Source: Sinorhizobium meliloti (GTDB lineage Bacteria; Pseudomonadota; Alphaproteobacteria; Rhizobiales; Rhizobiaceae). Taken from it: a stretch of DNA of 32,000 nt. Made by a program: the position numbers and the translations under genes. Shown in pieces: positions 19,883 to 29,004 of this stretch. The stretch is taken from positions 420,001 to 452,000 of the forward strand of contig NZ_JAGIOS010000001.1 in the NCBI RefSeq assembly GCF_017876815.1, read 5' to 3'. Position 1 is the stretch's first letter. The number at the start of each line of letters is the position of its first letter. A model generated the notes under the pieces. It was not told the origin of the DNA and did not search any database. It saw nothing but the letters and a program-made list of their open reading frames with translations.

Positions 19883-20178
19883 TACACTTTCTCCGGGTTG
19901 ATCTTGTCGTATTCATCATGGGTGCCCATAAACTTGATCAGCACTCTTTTGAACGGGTACGCGACGTGAACGACAAGGCGATATTTATGGCCTGATATGT
20001 CGAAAATGATGCGATTGTCGCTCACAAAATCCACGTTGGCACCGAACATCGACTTCACATCGGACGGGCCCGCCCAGTTGGCGTTCCTAACCACCGCGTG
20101 CCACGTTTTGAGAGGCGTTTCTGCTTGAGGGTGCTTTTCCCAAAACGCTCTCAACGTGGACTTCGCTATGATTTGCAT
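19882..20178 (-). CDS. higB: Type II toxin HigB (RelE-fold mRNA interferase)
   Basis: 98 aa MQIIAKSTLRAFWEKHPQAETPLKTWHAVVRNANWAGPSDVKSMF...ISGHKYRLVVHVAYPFKRVLIKFMGTHDEYDKI. It is collinear with E. coli HigB-type (PF09907-like) toxins as I recall them. ATG at 20178; the TTG at 20214 used in the ORF track is part of a promoter-like TTGACA. Confidence 0.85.
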   Translation of the reverse strand: MQIIAKSTLRAFWEKHPQAETPLKTWHAVVRNANWAGPSDVKSMFGANVDFVSDNRIIFDISGHKYRLVVHVAYPFKRVLIKFMGTHDEYDKINPEKV

Positions 20179-20185
20179 GGACCCT

Positions 20186-20214
20186 TGGATATTCCCAAAT
20201 TGGGAACATGTCAA
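20186..20214 (-). promoter_or_regulatory. Candidate higBA promoter (TTGACA-N17-TATCCA) enclosing the palindromic operator TTCCCAA-A-TTGGGAA
   Basis: The minus strand reads TTGACA tgTTCCCAAtTTGGGAA TATCCA agggtcc ATG. The perfect 7-bp inverted repeat (20192-20206) sits between the -35-like and -10-like hexamers. Confidence 0.5.
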
Positions 20215-20267
20215 TAATAGCTGTGAGGGAAAGCGGCGTCAGAGCCTACAGCGCCCCGCTCTCGCGC

Positions 20268-20304
20268 AAAAAAAGCCCGGTACATGTCTTGGCATGTACC
20301 GGGC
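20268..20304 (-). terminator. Rho-independent terminator
   Basis: On the minus strand: GCCCGGUACAUG-CCAAGA-CAUGUACCGGGC (12-bp perfect stem, 6-nt loop) followed by U7 (the A-run at 20268-20274 on the plus strand). Confidence 0.85.
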
Positions 20305-20456
20305 AAGCAGCAGGGTCTATTGGCTCATACCCTGCGGGGAACTTTCAGGTGCCGTCGGCACTGTGCGAATTTCGCGGCATGATCCGCGCGAGGGCGAAGA
20401 TTTCGCAGATCATGCCGCACTGGCGCATCCGAGGCGGCGGGACGCGCCATGAGGGG
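20305..20456 (-). ncRNA. Candidate structured 3'UTR or sRNA region downstream of the DUF1127 gene
   Basis: Four consecutive hairpins on the minus strand: 20421-20449, 20374-20418, 20349-20361 and 20310-20335. They lie between the DUF1127 stop (20457) and the intrinsic terminator. Two loops are C-rich (CCCGCCGCCUCGG and CGCCCUCGCG). The region has no credible ORF. Confidence 0.3.
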
Positions 20457-20753
20457 TCAATCGTGGCGCACTCCCCTGTAGAAGAGGTTCGCCCGATTGC
20501 GTGAGGCGCGCGTCAGGTAGCTGCCCGGGTTTTCGAAGAAGGCCGAGGTCAGCGCCTCGTGCAGGTCTTCGCGTTTCAAACCCATGTCCAGCAACTGACG
20601 ATCGTCGAGATCCTGCAGGCGGGCGATCTGGCAGCGGTTTCGATAGAGGCGCCAGACGGCCGTCAGCACGCCGACGATGCCTGTCGTGCGGGCTGCAGGC
20701 GACTGCCTGCTCGCAACGAGGCCAAAACCGGAGGCGTGGTGGGTCGTGCGCAT
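20457..20753 (-). CDS. DUF1127 domain-containing small protein
   Basis: Core motif WRLYRNRCQIARLQDLDDRQLLDMGLKREDL is typical of DUF1127. A strong SD (AAGGAG) lies 6 nt upstream of ATG 20753. 98 aa, with N- and C-terminal extensions relative to minimal family members. Confidence 0.8.
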   Translation of the reverse strand: MRTTHHASGFGLVASRQSPAARTTGIVGVLTAVWRLYRNRCQIARLQDLDDRQLLDMGLKREDLHEALTSAFFENPGSYLTRASRNRANLFYRGVRHD

Positions 20754-20789
20754 GACGGAACTCCTTTTCGCGGGCACGAAGAAACCCGT

Positions 20790-20816
20790 CCCCTGCGGGG
20801 AGGTCTTTCGCAGGGG
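20790..20816 (-). promoter_or_regulatory. Leader hairpin with a CCUCCC loop upstream of the DUF1127 gene (attenuator, terminator or anti-SD element candidate)
   Basis: Minus-strand RNA: CCCCUGCG-AAAGACCUCCC-CGCAGGGG (8-bp perfect stem) followed by ACGGGUUUCUUCGUG. It lies about 37 nt upstream of the start codon. Confidence 0.35.
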
Positions 20817-20871
20817 CAGGCCGAAATACTTTTGGCGAACCGGCGACTATTTTGGCCGGAAAGATTGACGT

Positions 20872-20897
20872 GATTTGCGGATTATCATTCGCAAATC
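20872..20897. promoter_or_regulatory. Perfect 8-bp inverted repeat GATTTGCG-N10-CGCAAATC in the DUF1127/LysR divergent intergenic region
   Basis: Read directly from the sequence. It is centred about 80 nt upstream of the LysR gene ATG (20964), in an AT-rich region. The geometry fits a LysR-type dyad (T-N11-A core). Confidence 0.4.
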
Positions 20898-20963
20898 CTT
20901 ATTGATCAGTCCAACGAATGTTTTTAATGATATTCATCAAACAATCTTATAGGTATTCCGGCC

Positions 20964-21914
20964 ATGTCCGCACCGCTCGATATTGACCAGCTGCAAACCT
21001 TCGTAGCCATTGCAGATACGGGCAGCTTCACCAAGGCGGCCGACCGTGTCTTCAAGACCCAATCCGCCGTGTCGATGCAGATGCGACGCCTCGAAGAACG
21101 GATCGGCAAGCCGCTTTTCATGAAGGATGGCCGGGGCAACCGGCTGACCGTCGAGGGCGACAGGCTCCTCAACTTTGCCCGCCGGATGATCCGCCTCAAC
21201 AATGAGGCGATCGCCTCCTTCGACGACAACCGGCTCGAGGGAACGTTGCGGATCGGCACACCGGACGACTACGCGGACCGCTACATGCCCGAAATCATCG
21301 TCCGCTTCGCCAAGACGCACCCAAACGTCGAGCTCTACATCATCTGCGAGCCTTCGGTGGACCTCGCGGAAAAAATGGCGAAGGGCGATCTCGACATCGC
21401 GCTCGTCACCCACAATCCGCGTGCGCGGGCTTCCGACGTCGTACGGACCGAACCGCTCTGCTGGGTAAGCTCCATCAATCATCCGCTGCCCGAGAATGCC
21501 CCGATCCCGCTTGCGGTCGGCCGGCGCGACTGTCAGTGGCGGCAGGCTGCCTGCGCGGCGCTCGACGCCACCGGCAAGGAATATCAGATCCTGTTCACGA
21601 GCTGGTCCTCGACCGTCGTTGCCGCCGCGGTGCTCGCCGGCATGGCGGTCTCCGTGCTTCCGGAGTCGGCACTGCGACCGGGCATGAAGGTGCTGACGCT
21701 GGCGGACGGCTTCCCGTCGCTGGCGCCGGTGCAGATCGGCATCATGAAGCGCCCCGGCCTTTCGCCGTCGCTGTCGAACGCGATCACCAATCATATTACC
21801 GCCTGCCTCGACAACATCACGCCCATCACCGTCAACGACGATCTCGAAGGCGATCTCAAGGGCTATCCGCGTTACCCGCGCCTCAGGCAGAGCCATATGC
21901 TGCCGGGCTGGTGA
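20964..21914 (+). CDS. LysR family transcriptional regulator
   Basis: wHTH LQTFVAIADTGSFTKAADRVFKTQSAVSMQMRRLEERIGKPLF plus a LysR substrate-binding domain. Confidence 0.9.
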   Translation: MSAPLDIDQLQTFVAIADTGSFTKAADRVFKTQSAVSMQMRRLEERIGKPLFMKDGRGNRLTVEGDRLLNFARRMIRLNNEAIASFDDNRLEGTLRIGTPDDYADRYMPEIIVRFAKTHPNVELYIICEPSVDLAEKMAKGDLDIALVTHNPRARASDVVRTEPLCWVSSINHPLPENAPIPLAVGRRDCQWRQAACAALDATGKEYQILFTSWSSTVVAAAVLAGMAVSVLPESALRPGMKVLTLADGFPSLAPVQIGIMKRPGLSPSLSNAITNHITACLDNITPITVNDDLEGDLKGYPRYPRLRQSHMLPGW

Positions 21915-21940
21915 GCCGTCTTACACGGCTCCTCCAATGA

Positions 21941-21973
21941 CGAAGGCCACGCCTTGCTGAGGCGTGGCCTTCG
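21941..21973. terminator. Hairpin between the convergent LysR and katA genes (possible bidirectional terminator)
   Basis: cgaaggccacgcc-ttgctga-ggcgtggccttcg: 13-bp perfect stem, 7-nt loop, no strong U-tract on either side. Confidence 0.45.
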
Positions 21974-21997
21974 CGCTTGTCGGGAATGGGCCCCTGA

Positions 21998-23482
21998 TTA
22001 CTCGGCCGCCGTGCTGATCGTGTCCGCCTCGTAGCCGTGGGCGGTCTTCAGTGCCTGGCGGACGCCCGCTTCGTATTCCGGGTGGACACGGGCGAAATGA
22101 ATGAGCTGCCGCTCGATGATCTCGCCCGGGACGCCGCCCATGGCGGCCGCGATGTTGGAGAAGAGGCGCGACTTCTGCCCTTCGTCGAAGAGGCCGAACA
22201 GCGCCCGCACCTGGACGTAGTCGTCATTGCCGACGCGGTGGTCGTAGCGGGACATGTCGCCGTCTATTCTGAGCGGCGGTTCCTTGGCCAGCGGCTGTTC
22301 GGCCGGGCCATTGAAGGAGTTGGGCTCGTAATAGGCGTCCGGATTGCCGGTGCGAATGCCGCCATAGGTGTTCATCTGACCATCGCGATGATAGTGGTGA
22401 ACCGGGCAGCGCGGCTGGTTGACCGGGATGTGCTCGTAATGCGTGCCGAGGCGGTAGCGGTGGGCGTCCGCATAGGAGAAGATGCGGGCCTGCAGCACCT
22501 TGTCCGGCGAGAAGCCGATGCCGGGCACGATATTGGAGGGCGAGAAGGCTGCGTTCTCGATCTCGGCAAAATAGTTTTCCGGGTTGCGGTTCAGCTCCAG
22601 CACGCCGATCTCGACCGGCGGGTAGTCGGCATGCGGCCAGACCTTGGTCAGGTCGAACGGGTTGTAGGGCGTCTTCTCGACGTCGAGCTCCGGCATGATC
22701 TGCACCTGCACCGTCCAGCGCGGGAACTCGCCGTTCTCGATGGCGTAGAACAGTGACTCCTGATAGCCCTCGCGGGTCTTGCCGATGACCGCCTCGCCTT
22801 CCTCGTTGGTGAAGAACTTATGGCCCTGCTGGGTTTTGAAGTGGAACTTGACCCAATAGCGTTCGCCCGCGTCGTTCCAGAAGGAATAGGTGTGCGAGCC
22901 GTAGCCGTTCATATGCATCGGCGTCTGCGGGAGGCCGCGGTCGGACATCAGGATCGTCACCTGATGCAGGCTTTCCGGCGACAGGGACCAGTAGTCCCAC
23001 ATGGCAGTGGCGGAACGGAGATTGGTCTTCGGATGACGCTTCTGCGTGTGGATGAAGTCGGGGAACTTGTAGGGATCGCGAATGAAGAAGACCGGCGTAT
23101 TGTTGCCGACGAGGTCCCAGTTGCCTTCATCGGTGTAGAATTTCAGCGCGAAACCGCGGACGTCGCGCTCGTGGTCGGCGGCGCCCTGTTCGCCGGCAAC
23201 GGTCGAGAAGCGGGCCAGCATCGGCGTTTCCGCGCCGGGCTGGAGACACTTCGCCCTGGTGTATTGCGAGATGTCGCCGGTGATCTTCAGCGAGCCGAAA
23301 GCACCCCAGCCCTTGGCATGGACGACGCGTTCCGGAATGCGCTCGCGGTTCTGGTGCGCCAGCTTCTCGATGAGCTGATAATCCTGCAGCATGATGCCGC
23401 CACGCGGGCCTGCCGTCAGCGAATTCTGGTTGTCCGGCACCGGCGCCCCGGCGGTGGTGGTGATCGTCGGACGATCTGTCAT
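21998..23482 (-). CDS. katA: Monofunctional heme catalase
   Basis: 494 aa with catalase signatures [44 protein letters not shown] and [24 protein letters not shown] precedes ATG 23482. Confidence 0.95.
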   Translation of the reverse strand: MTDRPTITTTAGAPVPDNQNSLTAGPRGGIMLQDYQLIEKLAHQNRERIPERVVHAKGWGAFGSLKITGDISQYTRAKCLQPGAETPMLARFSTVAGEQGAADHERDVRGFALKFYTDEGNWDLVGNNTPVFFIRDPYKFPDFIHTQKRHPKTNLRSATAMWDYWSLSPESLHQVTILMSDRGLPQTPMHMNGYGSHTYSFWNDAGERYWVKFHFKTQQGHKFFTNEEGEAVIGKTREGYQESLFYAIENGEFPRWTVQVQIMPELDVEKTPYNPFDLTKVWPHADYPPVEIGVLELNRNPENYFAEIENAAFSPSNIVPGIGFSPDKVLQARIFSYADAHRYRLGTHYEHIPVNQPRCPVHHYHRDGQMNTYGGIRTGNPDAYYEPNSFNGPAEQPLAKEPPLRIDGDMSRYDHRVGNDDYVQVRALFGLFDEGQKSRLFSNIAAAMGGVPGEIIERQLIHFARVHPEYEAGVRQALKTAHGYEADTISTAAE

Positions 23483-23641
23483 CACATCCCTCCTGTTTCG
23501 ATGTTTCGGCTTCCGATGCTCGCTGAAGAGCGTGACGGCTGAACGACAGCGGCCACGATCGCCACAGTGCATGGAATGCCTTGGCACTGGTTTCTCCCAT
23601 CCCACGACGATAATCTCCAATTGTATTTCCTGCCATTTACG

Positions 23642-23656
23642 ATAAGATTTTCCTAT
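23642..23656. promoter_or_regulatory. OxyR-box-like half site ATAA-N7-CTAT in the katA-oxyR intergenic region
   Basis: ATAAgattttcCTAT matches the ATAG-N7-CTAT OxyR half-site pattern. A weaker ATAA-N7-TTGT lies at 23610-23624. It sits in the AT-rich divergent promoter region and abuts the oxyR ATG. Confidence 0.35.
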
Positions 23657-23657
23657 C

Positions 23658-24611
23658 ATGTTGACACTCAGGCAGATGCGTTACTTCGATGCCCTCGCGG
23701 CCGCTCGCCACTTCGGCAAGGCGGCCGAACTCACCCATGTCAGCCAGCCGGCACTCTCTGCGCAGATCATGGAGATGGAAGAACATCTGGGCGTGAAGCT
23801 GGTGGAACGGAGCCGCGCCGGCGTTTTCCTGACCGTCAAGGGCGAGGAAGTGCTGGCACAGGTGCGTTCCATCCTCGCGGATGTCGGCAGATTGGAGGAG
23901 AGCGCCCGGACAAATACGGGCACTCTCGAAGGGCGGGTCCGCCTCGGGGTCATCCCGACGCTCGCGCCCTATCTCGTACCGAGGCTCATTCCCTACCTGC
24001 GCGAACGGTACCCGGCGATCGACATAGAGCTCAAGGAGTCGCTCACCGATCGGCTCATCGCCGATCTCGGCGACGGCCGGCTCGATGCGGTCGTGGCGGC
24101 GCTGCCGGTCGATGGGGACGGCATCGTTACCCGGGCGCTGTTTTCCGATCGCTTCTATATGGCCGTGGCGGAGAACGACCGGCAGGTGCTCATGTCGCCG
24201 ATGACGGAAGAGCAGGTGGATATTTCGCAGTTGCTGTTGCTCGAAGAAGGCCATTGCCTGCGCGATCAGGCGCTGGCCGTCTGCAATACGGCCGGCAAAC
24301 GGCAGCTCCTGAGTTTCGGCGCCACGTCGATGGCAACGCTTTTGCAGATGGTGGCAAACGGCATGGGAATGACGCTCATTCCCGAGATCGCGATACCGAG
24401 CGAAGCCGCACGCAACGCGATCCGGATCGTGCCCTTCGCCGCCCCGGAGCCCTCTCGCGAGATCGGGCTCATCTGGCGGCGCAGCAACCCGCGGCCGCGC
24501 GACATGGACGCACTTGCAAACGCCATATCCGCCTGCGCCCGGAAGGTCTCACGGGACGCCGCCGCGGCCGGAAGAGGCGCGGCGAAAGCTGCGCCTCTTC
24601 CGGCCGCATGA
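23658..24611 (+). CDS. oxyR: Hydrogen peroxide-sensing LysR-type regulator OxyR
   Basis: w[51 protein letters not shown]. The redox Cys pair has the expected spacing ([14 protein letters not shown]). It is divergent from katA. Confidence 0.9.
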   Translation: MLTLRQMRYFDALAAARHFGKAAELTHVSQPALSAQIMEMEEHLGVKLVERSRAGVFLTVKGEEVLAQVRSILADVGRLEESARTNTGTLEGRVRLGVIPTLAPYLVPRLIPYLRERYPAIDIELKESLTDRLIADLGDGRLDAVVAALPVDGDGIVTRALFSDRFYMAVAENDRQVLMSPMTEEQVDISQLLLLEEGHCLRDQALAVCNTAGKRQLLSFGATSMATLLQMVANGMGMTLIPEIAIPSEAARNAIRIVPFAAPEPSREIGLIWRRSNPRPRDMDALANAISACARKVSRDAAAAGRGAAKAAPLPAA

Positions 24612-25487
24612 TCAAACCAGCTTCGTCTTCAGGAATTCGACGGTCCGCTGCCAGGCGAGGTCGGCCGCCTCCTTGTTGTACCGCGCCGCCGAGGTATCGT
24701 TGTTGAAGGCGTGGTTCGCACCTTCATAGACGTGGATCGTCACGTCCTTGCCGTTTTCCGTCAGCGCCTTGCGGTAGGCCTCTATGCCGGCATTGATGCG
24801 CTCGTCGAGCCCGGCGTAATGCAGCAGCAGCGCCGCCTTGATCTTCGGCACGTCCTCGGCCTTCGCCTGGGCACCGTAATAGGCCACGCCGGCCTTGAGA
24901 TCGGGTGCGTTCACGGCAAGCCTGTTGACGAGACCGCCGCCCCAGCAAAATCCGATCGCGCCGACATTGCCTGTGCTTTCCGCATGGCCTTTCAGAAAGC
25001 TCACGGTGGCGACGGCATTCGCATTCGTCTCGGTTGCGTCGAGTGCGCTGATCATCTCCCGCGCCTTGTCCTCGTCATCGGGTGTCCCACCGTCAGGCGA
25101 CAGGAAATCGGGCGCAAGCGCCACGAAACCTTCGAGCGCCATGCGGCGCGCAACGTCTCTTATGTGCGGGTTCAGGCCACGATTCTCGTGAATGACGATG
25201 ACGGCGGGAAGCTTGCCCGAGGCATCGGCGGGTCTGACGAGATATCCCTTCATTTCGCCGTCGGCGCCGGGATAGGTGATGTCCTCTCCCTTGATACGCT
25301 CGTCCGTCTCGGCGATCATTTCGGCTTTGGCACTGTTGGCAGCCAGCATCGGCGCGATTGCGGCGGCGGCCGCAGCCGTACCCGCGAGCGCCGTCAATCT
25401 CTCCATGAAACGGCGGCGATCCAAAGTGAGATGGGTATATTCGTCATAGGCATCGATCATCGCCTGGGTGATGACAGGCTTGTTCAT
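24612..25487 (-). CDS. Dienelactone hydrolase family protein with a Tat-type signal
   Basis: DRRRFMERLTALAGTAAAAAAIAP twin-arginine leader. DLH motifs VIVIHENRGLNPHIRDVARR and GAIGFCWGG (nucleophile elbow with Cys). ATG at 25487. Confidence 0.85.
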   Translation of the reverse strand: MNKPVITQAMIDAYDEYTHLTLDRRRFMERLTALAGTAAAAAAIAPMLAANSAKAEMIAETDERIKGEDITYPGADGEMKGYLVRPADASGKLPAVIVIHENRGLNPHIRDVARRMALEGFVALAPDFLSPDGGTPDDEDKAREMISALDATETNANAVATVSFLKGHAESTGNVGAIGFCWGGGLVNRLAVNAPDLKAGVAYYGAQAKAEDVPKIKAALLLHYAGLDERINAGIEAYRKALTENGKDVTIHVYEGANHAFNNDTSAARYNKEAADLAWQRTVEFLKTKLV

Positions 25488-25601
25488 GACGCTCTCCCTG
25501 GGGCTGTGGCAGATCAAATGTCGCTGTAGCAGGCGGCAGCAGACCACCCGGCGACAGGATAGGTCAGCGGCGCGGTCACGGACTTACAAAACTGCGTTAC
25601 C

Positions 25602-26018
25602 TCAGCTCATCGCCATCCAGACGGAAAGCCATGTCCACATCGCGACGAGCACAAGGAAACCCGCCATGAACAGCGGCTGGCGATAGCGAAGCCGATTGCT
25701 GGTGACGTGGATGAAGGCGTGAGCATAACGCAGCGCCACGAAAAGCCAGGCGAGGCCAAGCGAAAGGAGATTGTCCGCCTCGGTGAGGTAGAGCAGCACG
25801 CAGCAGAGATGAAAGAGAACAGGCAGCTCGAACTGGTTCGCGATGCTGTTCCGCACGATAAGGCTCTCGCCCGGCTCGTCGCGGTTTTCCCGGAAGAGGG
25901 AAGCGTCGATCTTGCCCGTCCTGATGAGCGATGCCCGACGCGTGGAAAGGAGCGCATAGAGCGCAAAAACAAGCGCGACATGGGCCACCATCGGCCAGAA
26001 TATTCCGAAGCCTGTCAT
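25602..26018 (-). CDS. MAPEG family membrane protein
   Basis: 138 aa with four TM helices. NSIANQFELPVLF and LRYAHAFIH motifs are consistent with the MAPEG (glutathione-transferase-like) superfamily. Confidence 0.7.
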   Translation of the reverse strand: MTGFGIFWPMVAHVALVFALYALLSTRRASLIRTGKIDASLFRENRDEPGESLIVRNSIANQFELPVLFHLCCVLLYLTEADNLLSLGLAWLFVALRYAHAFIHVTSNRLRYRQPLFMAGFLVLVAMWTWLSVWMAMS

Positions 26019-26047
26019 CGGTGCTCTTCAGCGTCAGCAATGGACAT

Positions 26048-26071
26048 GGCGGACGCCGGACGGCGTCCGCC
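26048..26071 (-). terminator. Hairpin immediately downstream of guaB
   Basis: ggcggacgcc-ggac-ggcgtccgcc: 10-bp perfect stem. No U-tract, so it may only be a partial terminator ahead of the MAPEG gene. Confidence 0.4.
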
Positions 26072-26078
26072 GATGATA

Positions 26079-27623
<1,545 letters not shown>

Positions 27624-27698
27624 TCAGCGACTTGTCCACCGGGTGACTTCAAGGCTTGTCTTGGAAGTTGGCGAGGGCTGGTAACACGGATACGCCGG

Positions 27699-27736
27699 AA
27701 TGAAAATAGCCAAGGGGCCCAAATCTTATGGGCCCC
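27699..27736 (-). terminator. Rho-independent terminator downstream of the MBL-hydrolase gene
   Basis: Minus strand GGGGCCCA-UAAGAUU-UGGGCCCC followed by the U-rich UUGGCUAUUUUCAUU. Confidence 0.6.
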
Positions 27737-27771
27737 GCCGAATTGTTGTCGCAGTGCAACAAGCCGTCTCT

Positions 27772-28758
27772 TCAAATATCGAACTGATAGCTCGCCGGTA
27801 CGAAGCGATAGCCCTGATCCTGGCTCTCGACGAAGCCGACGGACGGAAACGGCATGTGATACCCGATGAAGGGCAGCCGGTCGGTTGCGATCATGTCGAA
27901 GACCTTTTTTCTGCTCGCACTCGCGGCCGGCTTGTCCATGTCGAAGCGGACCTCCCAGTCGGGCCGCTGCAGCGACAGGACATAGTGGTTCGCGGTGTCT
28001 GCGGTCAGGATCATGGCCTTGCCGTCGGACTCGAGCCGATAGATCATATGCCCCGGAGAATGACCGAACGCGGCCATGGCAGAGATGCCGGGCACGACGT
28101 CGCCGCCATCCGCGACGAAGGTGATCTTTTCCGCCAGCGGCACGACCTTCGCCAGCACCGCCTTGTGCCCGTTCTCGGCAGGCGTGCCGACGCGGGCGCC
28201 GTCCTTCCAGAAGTCGTACTCGACCTGTCCGGTCACATAGCGCGCATTGACAAAAGCGGGCTTTCCACCCTCCGTCAGGCCCCCGATATGGTCGCCGTGC
28301 ATGTGAGTGATGACGACGACCGTCACCTGTTCCGGGGCATAACCGGCAGCCTTCAGGCCTTCCGCAAGCTTGCCCGTGCCCGCCTCGCGACCTCCTTCGC
28401 CAAGCCCAGTGTCGAAGAGAACGACCTCGGATCCGGTATCGACCAGGACCGGGGAAAAGCCGTTGACGAAGCCGCTGGTCGGCAGGAAATTCTGTTCCAG
28501 AAGCTTGGAGACCGACTCCGCAGGCTGATCGGTACCGAAGATCTCGTGCGGCTTGTCCGCGGCGCGCGTCCCGTCGCTGATCACCGTCACCTTGAAACTT
28601 CCGAGTTTCAATGTCCTGAAGTCCGCGCTCTTGCCCATGCCGTCCTTTTCCGCCGTTTCCTGAGCACCGGCAATACCTGCAAGCAGGCCTGGTGCCGCCA
28701 ACGCGCCCGCGCCTGCCGCGAACAGCGTCCGCCGCTTCAATTGAAATGCCATCGTCAT
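27772..28758 (-). CDS. MBL-fold metallo-hydrolase with a Tat signal peptide
   Basis: The KRRTLFAAGAGALAAPGLLAGIAGAQE leader has a twin-arginine motif. Metal-binding motif ITHMHGDHIGG (HxHxDH). The start is ATG 28758, or ATG 28752, which has better spacing from AGGAGG. Confidence 0.85.
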   Translation of the reverse strand: MTMAFQLKRRTLFAAGAGALAAPGLLAGIAGAQETAEKDGMGKSADFRTLKLGSFKVTVISDGTRAADKPHEIFGTDQPAESVSKLLEQNFLPTSGFVNGFSPVLVDTGSEVVLFDTGLGEGGREAGTGKLAEGLKAAGYAPEQVTVVVITHMHGDHIGGLTEGGKPAFVNARYVTGQVEYDFWKDGARVGTPAENGHKAVLAKVVPLAEKITFVADGGDVVPGISAMAAFGHSPGHMIYRLESDGKAMILTADTANHYVLSLQRPDWEVRFDMDKPAASASRKKVFDMIATDRLPFIGYHMPFPSVGFVESQDQGYRFVPASYQFDI

Positions 28759-29004
28759 TCCCTCCTGTTGACCGGAGCTGCCCGCGCGCCGGTGATCACA
28801 GGCGAGAAGTAGTGCCTTGACAGAAATGGACAGGAGGGATCACACGCATTTGATCTTCAATCTCCGGTTTCGCCCCGACAAAGCCATCGGAACCCCTTAC
28901 CCGCGACCCGCGCGCACGAGTTCTGATGATTTTGTCCTCAAATCGATTTCGAATTAAGAACCAATGCGGCTAACGCCCGCAGTGACAGCCCCAAGGCGCC
29001 TTTC

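Noticed and set aside
20156-20504. Two 98-aa plus-strand ORFs in the higB-DUF1127 intergenic region.
   Set aside because: They run across the intrinsic terminator and the hairpin array. They have no SD, their composition is Arg/Gly/Cys-rich and non-protein-like, and they overlap the higB start. The region is better explained as minus-strand structured RNA.
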